Below, piece by piece: positions 53,355-64,000 of a stretch of 64,000 nt of DNA (positions are counted from its first letter, which is position 1; the number at the start of each line of letters is the position of its first letter). The translations under genes and the position numbers were made by a program. The notes below the pieces were generated by a model. The model searched no databases and was not told where the DNA came from. It saw only the letters and a program-made list of their open reading frames with translations. This stretch comes from Octopus vulgaris (taxonomy: Eukaryota): the NCBI GenBank assembly GCA_951406725.2, contig OX597817.1, positions 25,544,001 through 25,608,000 on the forward strand. Direction: 5' to 3'.

Positions 53355-54251
53355 TGATGTGATCTGGTATTATAAGCTAAATTCTTACTATCATCTAGTT
53401 GTCATATTGAATTATAAGCTATATCTTGGCGACATTTGATGTTGTACAGTATCTTCTTGCAATCATCTGGTATTCATCATCATCATTATCGTTTAACATC
53501 AGCTTTCCATGCTAGCATGGGTTGGACGATTTTGACTGAGGGCTGGCGAACCAGATGTTTCTACAGCTGGATGCCCTTCCTAGCGCCAACCACTCTGAGA
53601 GTGTAGTGGGTGCTTTTTACACGCCACTGGCATGGGGGCCAGTCAGGCAGTACTGGCAATGACCTCGCTCGAATCTTTTTACACATGCCACCGGCACAGG
53701 TGCCAGTAAGGCAATGCTGGTAACGATCACACTCGAATGGTGCCTTTTACGTGCCACAGGCATGGAAGCCAGCTAGCCGCTCTGGCAATGATCATACTCG
53801 GATGGTGCTCTTAGCACCCTACTAGCATGGGCACAAGTGCCAATAAGGCAACGCTGGTAATGATCACACTCGAATAGAGCCTTTTATGTGCCACTGTCAT
53901 GGAAGCCAATTATACATTATAATTTTTTGTTACCCTTTATTATAATAACTAGTCGTAATTTTCTCTTCTTCTACTATAAGTCATCATATTTTTGTCATTT
54001 ACTATCATAATTCATCAGTTCCCTTATATCACTATAAGATTTGACATTCCAATTCCCCAAAACAAATGGTTGCTGTTTTCTGGATCTTCAACATTTGTGC
54101 TTCCACCTTACACTTTCTAGAACAACTTATAAGCTTATTGCTGGCAGTTCTGGTATTAGGTGGAGACTGCAACATATCCTTTAAATTGATCGCTCTACCA
54201 AAGGGCTGAATGTGTCCCTTGCTAACCCAGATGACAGACCAATGTGTCTCT

Positions 54252-54653
54252 CTTACTCTTTTTACTCTTTTACTTGTTTCAGTCATTTGACTGCGGCCAT
54301 GCTGGAGCACCGCCTTCAGTCGAGCAAATCAACCCCGGGACTTATTCTTTGTAAGCCCAGTACTTATTCTATCGGTCTATTTTGCTGAACCGCTAAGTGA
54401 CGGGGACGCAAACACACCAGCATCGGTTGTCAAACAACGCTAGGGGGACAAACACAGATACACAAACACACACACGCATATATACATATATACGATGGGC
54501 TTCTTTTCAGTTTCCGTCTACCAAATCCACTCACAAGGCTTTGGTCGGCCCGAGGCTATAGTAGAAGACACTTGCCCAAGGTGTCATGCAGTGGGACTGA
54601 ACCCGGAACCATGTGGTTGGTAAACAAGCTACTTACTGCACAGCCACTCCTGC
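54252..54653 (-). mobile_element. SINE family A
   Basis: Match to consensus. Confidence 0.9.
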
Positions 54654-54769
54654 AACTGTGACATGATTATTTTTTTCTAAACTGTTTCATATTGCAAATT
54701 GTAGTGGTCCTATTCACACCAGACACAAAACTGCCATTTGTATATAACTTGTACAGACTAGCCTTATTT

Positions 54770-54950
54770 GGAACTTGACTAAGACAAGTGAAAAACAATG
54801 GGACAATATTCATGAGTGATGGGATGCAGAAGGCTGAACTGGATGCAAGAATTGGAGGTGCTGTCACAATAATGTGCTAGCTTCAGCATTCGATCCTCAG
54901 AAGAAGAGAGTTTGATGAAAAAGCCCAGTTTTCATATCTATCCTCTCCTA
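54770..54950 (+). mobile_element. Degenerate LINE RT (RTE-like) fragment
   Basis: ..QVK..GTIFMSDG..KAELDARIG.A.. resembles the post-YADD YLG.....DG....E...RI region. Confidence 0.4.
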
Positions 54951-55117
54951 TAGTCATCATGAATGTTGGGTATATCCAACCTTAGAAACCACACCATAAC
55001 AGAAAGCAGAGCTTGGTGCTGTCTTCTGACTTTCCAGTTGGTGACAAACTCTCCTACCTATGCCAGGATAGAAAATGGAAATTAAATGATGATGATGATG
55101 ATGGTGGTGATGGTGAT

Positions 55118-55345
55118 GGTGAGCTGGCAGAAAGGTTAGCACACCAGGCGAAATGCGTAGCCGTATTTCGTCTGCCGTTACGTTCTGAGTTCAAATTCTG
55201 CCGAGGTTGACTTTGCCTTTCATCCTTTCGGGGTTGATAAATAAAGTACCAGTTACGCACTGGGGTCGATGTAATCGACTTAATCCGTTTGTCTATCCTT
55301 GTTTGTCCCCTCGGTGTGTAGCCCCTTGTGGGTAGTAAAGAAACA
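55118..55345 (+). mobile_element. SINE family B
   Basis: Match to consensus. Confidence 0.85.
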
Positions 55346-56685
55346 GATGTTGATGGTGATGATGATAATCTCGGATATTATTTGAGGGAGATGTAGCTGC
55401 TCTCTTAGCTGCCAAGAATCTTCCAACCTGATTTGTGCTAGTTTGTAATAAAGCAAAAAATTGGTTCTATGTTGTTATGGAAACTGTAGAGACCTATCAG
55501 AAATGGCAGCCAATTTTCCTTCAAATCATACTCTATTGTCTAGAGAGGACACATTTAGATAATATAATCCTAAATGTACTAAAATATAAAAGAATGGTCA
55601 CAGCTGGAATTTCTCTTTGTACAAAAAATCTTCTGATTCAGAACTGATCCAGTGATAAGCACCAGTCAGCTCTACATGATAAAGTTCATAGTAAAACCAT
55701 TGAGAGTCTTTTGACGCTGAAGACTTTTTCTTTAGTTAGCAGTATTATGTTCAAAAGTTAGCAAATTGACAGAGTTATTGGCATGTCTGAATATTTTGTG
55801 GTGGTTGGCGTTAGGAAGGGCATCCAGCTGTCGAAACACTGCCAGATCCGACTGGAACCTGGTGCAGACTGGGAAGCCTTCTGGCTTCCCAGACCCTGGT
55901 CAAACCATCCAGCCCAGGCTAGCATGGAAAACGGACATTAAATGATGATGATGATGATGATTAGTTCTAGGTATCTTAAATCTGAAATCAAATCTTGCCG
56001 AGGTGCTGAGGTTAGCTTTACCTTTTATCCATTTGATGTTTATAAATAGAGTACAGGACATTATGGGGCGTGGGGGGGGGGGGAAATAAACTTCTTAACC
56101 ACTTGAACATATTTACCGCCACACTGCTAGTACTTAATAAATGTACTTGAAATTCTTTAGTTTCTTCTTTCATTTCTCAACCATTACTCTGCCCTAATAA
56201 CAACATGTTTCCCTACTTTAAAATCAAACTTTAACATTCACCACATTTACAGAGTCATCGGACTTACTCATTCACCCAATTCCGATAGGTTTTTCTAGGC
56301 TTGCTTCAGTAAGCATTCCAGTGAAAGCTTTCATCATCACGTAAGACGTATTCTTTTGGTTGTTTCAACAATCTGTCATTGGATTTCTTGCTTTTCTTAT
56401 TCAATTCTTTTTGTTTTTATTTATTTATTTTATTTATTTTATTTATTTATTTTTTCATTTCATTTTCTTCTTGGTGTTTCATGTCAGAGAATATTTCCTG
56501 ATGCGCACATTTTAATTCTTAGTCTTTTGGTTTCTCTTATCTTACCGAAACTATGAAGTGCTCGTTACCTCCTTCATCATGGCAAAAATATACATTTTGT
56601 TACTCTCTGACAGCACTGACAGCTTCGAACAGAGCTGTTGTTGGTTTTCATAAAGAAAATGACTTTGATTAGCTTTTCCACCACT

Positions 56686-57075
56686 TTACTACTACTACTA
56701 CTACTACTACAACTACTACTACTACTCATCACTATTACTACTAACCATCAACACCACTGCCGCCACTAAACTATTACTACAATCACTGCCACCACAACTT
56801 TCATTGATATTGCTGCTGCTGCTGCTACCGCACCGCCTCCTCTCTTCCTCCTCCCCTATCTACTACTACTACTACTACTACTCACCACTATTACTATTAA
56901 CCACCACCACCACTAAACAATTACTACAATCACTGCTACCACTGCTGCTGCCACCAACACTGCCATTGATATTGCTGCTGCTGCTACTGCTGCTGCTACC
57001 ACTCCTCCTCTTCCCCACTCTACTACTACTAATACTACTAACGTCACTACTACCATGACCATCATGACTACTGTA
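56686..57075. repeat. (CTA)/(CCA)/(CTG) compound microsatellite with an internal ~150-bp duplication
   Basis: CCACTAAAC.ATTACTACAATCACTGC...CATTGATATTGCTGCTGCTGCT occurs twice. Confidence 0.85.
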
Positions 57076-57854
57076 ACAGTCTGCCTCCTCTGTAATAGAA
57101 GAAAGAACCAGTAAATTCCAACATGGAATACGGACATAATTTACAGTTATGAATCCTGAAAGATCTAGATACGAAATACTAGAAACACTTCTTCAAGCAC
57201 CAATTACACAACACCCTATCACTCTAAACTGCAGTATGCTACACAATACGCTATGCTCCTACACCAAATTAAAGTACATGGTACACCACAAAACCACATA
57301 AACCATTTAGCATTCAGATTGATTTACCAAAGGCAATGCTTATTTATTTTAAAATCAGTCATGTAAAATCTTGGAGCTTCAAGATTTTGAAGATGTGATT
57401 GTTTATATACCCTGGCACTTGTGTCGATGCCAGTGCCACCTTGATTGGCTTCCGTGCTGGTGGCACATAAAAAGCACCAACCGATTATGGCAGTTGCCAA
57501 CCTCCCCTAGCACCTGTGCCGGTGGCACGTAGAAAGCACCCACTACACTCACGGAGTGGTTGGCGTTAGGAAGGGCATCTGGCTGTAGAAACACTGCCAG
57601 GTCAGACTGGAGCCTGGTGCAGCCTCCTGGCTTCCCAGACCCCGGTCAAACCATCCAACCCATGCTAGTATGGAAAACGAACATTAAACGATGATGATGA
57701 TGATGATGATGAATGACATTGTAGAGTAGGTGTGAGAAGCTGGATCTGGCCAGTTTCAATATCAGTTAGAATACTTGGGCCAGATATGCATTAATTCTGT
57801 TCAGTATACCTCTTCACTACATAACACTATTCACTATATTTGCACACTATACTA

Positions 57855-58350
57855 AGGTTGTGAGCTGGCAGAATCATTAGCACACCAGACGAAATGCTGC
57901 TAATCATTACATCCTTCTTTACAGTCTGAGTTCAAATTCCATTTAGGTTGACTTTACCTTTCATCCTTTCAGGGTCAATAAAATAAGTACCAGGTGGTGG
58001 TGGTGGTGGCTCCGAAAGGGGTCTCAGGGAGTAGTGTCCTGCCTTCCTGAGCTAGTTTGCCACCACATTTCTTAAAAATCGTGGTAGAGGCCTTGGTCTA
58101 GGGGCAACTCATATCTAGAAACTGAGATTGGGGGTAAGCAAGGGCATGCTCCCCGTAGAAAATCCAGCTCCAAAAAAGGCTCAGGATAGCAAAGGAAAAT
58201 GGGCACCAGCTAGCCAACACAAAGTTTGGGGTGGGCTACCTACCTCAGTTACTATGGCATTGAGGTAATGGGGACAAAACTCAGATTTAAAACACTGGAT
58301 GATGATGATGATGAGCACATGGGGTATATATGTAATCAATTTGCCCTTTT
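57855..58350 (+). mobile_element. Family-B SINE interrupted by a ~320-bp (GAT)n-tailed retroposon (57993-58313)
   Basis: SINE breaks after AAGTACCAG and resumes at GAGCACATGGGG. Confidence 0.6.
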
Positions 58351-59699
58351 AAGATAGTAGGATGTTATTTGAAGAAGATTTGGTTGCTATTTCTAAAATG
58401 ATCAAATCCCTGTGAATAGTTTCTCTTTTTGGACATTCTGTGGTTAATGGTCATTTATATCTATCCATTTTTCCATAAAAAGCTAAAATGGAAAACAAAA
58501 TTTAATTAATGATTTAATTAATAACAGTTTAAATGTGTTAACTTCAACTGTATAATAATACAAACACTTGAAGCATAATAAATTCACCAAATTGACTGAA
58601 ATGAAGCAGAAATGTTTAAAATTACTTACCAAAACACTGTTATATCATTAGTGTTTATCAAGCAGAAGATACAAACTGAACAATAGCTCCAAATGAAAAA
58701 TTTATAATTTCGAAAAAAATTTTGAAGTTTAACCGAAATAATTTACTCAAATTTTTTATCAGGATTAAAAAAAGACAATGAGCATCTTTCAGTTCTATAT
58801 AAAAGGGATCCATTCATGGGTTTGTGTATTGAGTGAGAAACATTTATAATATGCTACAAGTGTTAACTTCATAGATACTAGAGTTATGAAAAACAAAATC
58901 AAAATAAATCGAATTTGCACACTTGAATATAACAATAGGTATTAAAATATCTAGTGAAAGAATATTTAATAACAAAACACTTATTTATACATTCAAAAAA
59001 CAAATATTTTTAAGTATCTAAAATAAAATAATATAAAACAGGACAGAACATCTATATACTCTAAGTTCAGCTAAGCAAACTAATATGGAAATTGTTATTT
59101 TATTAAAATAATGAAGTTGCACTTTTATTGTTTTCAAACTTAGTATAAATAAATCATCATCATCATTAGGCTTATACAATGAAAATAATAACATTTTTCC
59201 CTTATACTTAAACATGCTTTGAATTTTTAAAATAATTCTGGAGACATCAGTATATATCTATGTATGCTGGAGTGGAATTGAAGAAAAAAGCTTAAAATGA
59301 CAATTTCCCATCAATCTAATCAACAAATAAAACAGAAAAAAGGGAAAAAGTGAAAATATATGAAAAAATATTTATGAATAAAAAAAAAACCGAAAATTTG
59401 CATGAAAATATTAAAACCAGAACTGGAATCCTCACTAGAGTTTTATTTCTTTGGCCATTAAACTGCAGAATGTTTTTCAAAAGCATAGTAATCAAGTAGT
59501 AATAATCTTAGAAAATGCTGAACTAGCAATTTTCATTTGTCCCATGGAAGCAATTCTCCTTGATAGGTTTTCAGGAAATGACAATTATTCAATTAGCACC
59601 ATTGTTTTGTCAGTATCACTCTATCGCTTCATCTTGGATTAAATTTTACGTTGCATTCTTTATGCTCTTTTGGGATACTCTTACTCTCATTCTTCATTT

Positions 59700-59907
59700 A
59701 ATCTTTTACTTGTTTCAGTCATTTGACCGTGGCCATGCTGGAGTACTGCCTTTAGTCGAGCAAATCGATCCCAGGACTTATTCTTTGGAAGCCTAGTACT
59801 TATTCTATCGGTCTCTTTTGCTGAACCACTAAAACACAGGGACGTAAACACACCAGCATCGGTTGTCAAGCAATGTTGGGGGGACAAACATAGACACACA
59901 AACACAT

Positions 59908-59955
<48 letters not shown>

Positions 59956-60140
59956 TATATATATATACATATTTATGATGGGCTTCTTTCAGTTTCCGTC
60001 TACCAAATCCACTCACAAGGATTTGGTCGGCCTGTGGCTATAGTAGAAGACACTTGCCCAAGGTGCCATGCAGTGGGACTGAACCTGGAATCATGTGGTT
60101 GGTAAGCAAGCTACTTACCACACAGCCACTCCTGTGCCTA
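59700..60140 (-). mobile_element. SINE family A
   Basis: Match to consensus. Confidence 0.9.
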
Positions 60141-60810
60141 TATAAATATATTATTATTGCTATTGTTATTCATATCATCATTATGCTTTTTATTATTAAG
60201 GTGGTGAGTTGGCAGCATTGTTCCTGCACTGAACAAAATACTAAGCAGCATTTTGTCTGTCTGTATATCCTGTGTTCAAATTCCACCGAGGTCAACTTTA
60301 CTTTTCATCCCCTCAGAGTTGATAAAATAAGTACCAATTCAACACTGAGGTTGATGAAATCAACTTATCACCTTCCCTGAACTTGCTGGCCTTGCACCAA
60401 AATTTGAAACCATTATTATTATTATTAGTAGTAGTAGTAGTAGTTAGTAGTAGTAGTAGAGTGAGAGAGCAATGCATGTCATCAAAGTGGCACTGAAGTA
60501 AAATATACGAAGCTCAGTATACCCCTCATGACTACTTGTCTGATTAGAACACACTAGGCACATGCATCACAACCATATGTGCGTGACATAGTGATCTTAT
60601 ATCAAGATAAACAGTGCATAACCTTGTAGGTAGGGCCCAGTTAGAAATTTAATAATAATAATAATGAAATTATTGTATACAGTGCTCGGGTGCACCACAA
60701 CTTGTCAAAAGTGCGTATAAAGCATATTGTCAAAAGTGCATATAAAGCATATTCTTCAGGTTGAGTAGCCTATCCCACTCAAAAGGTCCCTGAATCATTA
60801 TTATTATTAT

Positions 60811-60878
<68 letters not shown>

Positions 60879-61156
60879 ACTTGATAGGAACTCTTGAAAT
60901 TTCAGTTAATTGTCTAATATCAAACTGAATTAAAAAAATTTTAGCACAAGGCTAGTAATTTTGAGGAGGGGTTAGTCAATTTCATCAACTCCAGTACTTA
61001 ACTTGTGCTTATTTCATCTACTTCAAGAGGATAAAAGGTAAAGTTGAACATGATGGAATTTGAACTCAGAACATAAAGATGGACAAAATGCCACTAAACA
61101 TTTTGTGTAACTTGCTTATGATTCTGCCAGCTTGCCACCAATTGCAAAATATCATA

Positions 61157-61556
61157 TTCTTTTCTACTCTTGGCACAAGGTCCAAAATTTTTGAGGAGGG
61201 GGTCAGTCAATTAGATTGACTCCAGTATGCAACTAGTACTTAATTTATTGACTCTGAAAGGATGAAAGGCAAAGTCCACCTCAGTGGAATTTGAACTCAG
61301 AAAGTAAAGAGAGACGAAATACCTATTTCTTTACTACCCACAAGGGGCTAAACACAGAGGCGACAAAACAAGGACAGACAAACGGATTTAGTCGATTATA
61401 TCGACCCCAGTGTGAAACTAGTAATTATTTAATTGACGCCGAAAGGATGAAAGGCAAAGTCGACCTTGGCAGAATTTGAACTCAGAATGTAGCGGCAGAC
61501 AAAATACCGCAAAGCATTTCACCCGGCATGCTAACATTTCTGCCAGCTCACTACCT
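61157..61556 (-). mobile_element. Dimeric family-B SINE; further degenerate copies at 60198-60412(+) and 60945-61140(-)
   Basis: Two Meta-like cores joined at AAAGAAATAGGTATTTCGTC. Confidence 0.8.
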
Positions 61557-62483
61557 TTGCCAAATATCACATTGATTTTAGAATCAATGAGTTCATTTTC
61601 TCAGAATCCTCCAGTTTTCTTTCTCTAATCTTTTGGTATGTTTTAATGATTTGGTGCACTGTTAATGCAGGTTTCATCACCCATAAGTACTGAGCTCAGG
61701 AAAATAACCTTCAAGTACTGAGTTGCTTTAAAGATAGTATATAACAGCATATTATTTTGGCATCTGTATTAAAATAATTTTGATAAAAAACGGTTTTAGA
61801 ACAACTTATACAAGTTACATCATTATGATTATGATTATCATTGAATTGCTCTTTGCATGGTCTGGCTACATCTTATTTGCCCAATATAAGGTGTAATGAC
61901 ATTATTTGAGTTCTTATTCTGGAAGAATTATAACTTAGAGAAGTATATCTTTTGAAGTCAATACTTAGTGCAAGTATCTTCTACCAAAGACTTCTGAGTG
62001 AAATTTGGTAAATAGAAATTGTAGGGGGAAACCAATCAGATCAACAAAGGATATTGAAATAATGTAGCTAATAACACTAATCCATTATTGGTATATACAT
62101 TAAACTTCATTTATTGCAACTAGTCTATATCATTTCCATTATACAGATCCCTGTCTCATGTTTCTATATTCATGTTGTGATAGACTTCGTCTTTCTAAAT
62201 TTTGTTGTTTTAACACCACATTTATTAACTGGTGGAGCAGTTTTCATATTTAACATCCCTCCTCCCCTAAAATTTGTAGAAAGACAGATCCCACCTCCAC
62301 CACCAACGATTTTTTTTTCCACTTCATGGGGCTGAAGGAAGAAGTAGTGCCCATGACCTTTGTAGGCTCCCCAAGAATTTTGAGACTGATGTTATTAATG
62401 TTCAATTTAAACTGCCGCAAGTGAACACCTGCAGGAAAGGCATGATCAAAGAGGAGGTTCTAATGTGGGATATTCTGAAGAAG

Positions 62484-62577
62484 AAGAGGGCGCCACAGAT
62501 TGCATGGAAGCCGTGGATGTGAGCCTGGGTGAAGCCGACCGCAAGTGCAGATCTCGGTGGTAGTAGCAAATATTTGA
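62484..62577 (+). pseudogene. Short 28S (LSU) rRNA-derived fragment
   Basis: GTGAGCCTGGGTGAAGCC..CCGCAAGTGCAGATCTCGGTGGTAGTAGCAAATATT closely matches the conserved LSU motif GTGCAGATCTTGGTGGTAGTAGCAAATATT. Confidence 0.75.
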
Positions 62578-64000
62578 TAGCACCTACAGTAGTTACTGCA
62601 GAGACTAAACTGAAGGCACAGTATGGGTGGTGAGAGGAGACACAAGTGGGTTGCAAGTGCCTGATTGGAAGAGATACAAAACCAGCTAACTCTGAGGAAC
62701 AAAAGTCATCGTAGTAGTAGAAATAGAAAGGGTAGAGAAAAGAGAAGCTCACCAGCATGTCAAAAACCAAAGTATATATGTAAATGAAATTGCATGCTTG
62801 TGGGTTAAAGAGAGCAGTATGTTAATGAACAAAATTCTAGTCCAAATATTCACGAAGGATGGTTTCTATTAAAAGCACTAATAGATTCTCTGGTTGTGTT
62901 AAAGCAGGCTTAGTTCAACCAAAATATGCTATGTAGCTTATAATATAGATTTTGCCTCATTATGTGTTAGTATTTACTTCACTATTTATTTTCCAAATAG
63001 TGTGGTACCCTTGGATACTAGCTTTTGTTTATTATTTTTTACTGTCACCCCTTAGTTGTGTGCTTTTCACTGTAAGGATATTGTAACCCATCATTACAAA
63101 TCTGGTATGTTTACCAAACACAATCCTTCACATATTCTTGTTTGTTGTTTTATCCAGAGGGTTGCAATGAAAAGATTGATGATGCTATGATTTGAGCACT
63201 CACTTTTTTTGGCCCCTTTCTCATTGCTGATCTTAAGGAAGAGAAAGAGGAAAAAAGAGAAATCACTCTCAGTATTTGACTGGAACTTTAATTCAACATC
63301 TCTGAGAGGAAAGAAATCAAATATTGGCCTGAATAGAATTTGAATTGAGGGCATAGGAAGTGAGAAAAACTACTACAAGGCACTCAAACAACTTGACTAA
63401 TTCATTTCCCTTTAACTTTTGCTGAAGAGCCCTAATGAGACTGAAACAAAACCGAAACTACTATTTGCCAAAGATCAGCTTTATCTTTTTACACCCTAAC
63501 CTCACCTGTCTACCATTGCATGTTTCGAATTTTGAAGTTGTCAACCCATTTTGACTAAGACCTAGGGTTATTGCACTTATGTATCATGAGTAACTTTAGA
63601 TACAGATCAACGTTTTACTTCTTCTTAGTCTAGTTTAGAGACTTCATTTATTAATGTTTCTGTGACTGCCATATTCAATGATTCAGTTCCTAATTTACAG
63701 TTTACATTTTTTAGCTTCTTTTCTCTCATCTCTCTGTCTTTAAATAAAGCTGTCATTTACTGTTCCCGCATGTATCATATACAATTCCATGATGGGGCAA
63801 TGCAACTATTAACTAATCTATACTAAATTATTTTCATGCTCATGAAAAAAAAATCTCTTCTTACATTAAATTTATTTTTCCAATAAAACTCATGAAAATC
63901 CCATATAGACTCTTACCTTATCTAAATAGCATTAATACAACTTTATTGTAGATATTTTCTAAAGCCTTTAAGACATTGAAGAATTGTCAAATTCCTTTTA

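Overview
AT-rich, repeat-saturated eukaryotic DNA, probably intronic or intergenic. The SINE repertoire and (TA)n/(GAT)n/(TAA)n microsatellites suggest a cephalopod such as octopus (inference). No host protein-coding exon can be supported, and most ORF-track entries are translations of microsatellites or SINEs. The main element is a full-length 5.7-kb Tx1/L1-clade LINE (2829-8537, minus strand), with a CCHC-knuckle ORF1 and an APE-RT-CCHC ORF2 that carries one in-frame stop. It sits in the tRNA-like head of the commonest SINE with a perfect 16-bp target-site duplication. Most notably, ORF2 is bracketed by complementary sequences. A 19-nt element ending 2 nt before the ORF2 AUG pairs fully (one G-U wobble, on the sense strand only) with a 19-nt element just after the ORF2 stop 3.4 kb away, and a second co-linear 14/16-bp helix extends the pairing. 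This is a candidate long-range RNA switch for ORF2 translation. The window also has a hammerhead-bearing non-autonomous Penelope-like tandem element in (TA)n, further minimal hammerhead relics, a GIY-YIG fragment, several long palindromes, locally templated insertions inside SINEs, Helitron-like and piggyBac-like non-autonomous elements, Tc1/mariner, CR1 and R4/Dong-like relics, and a 28S rRNA-derived fragment.
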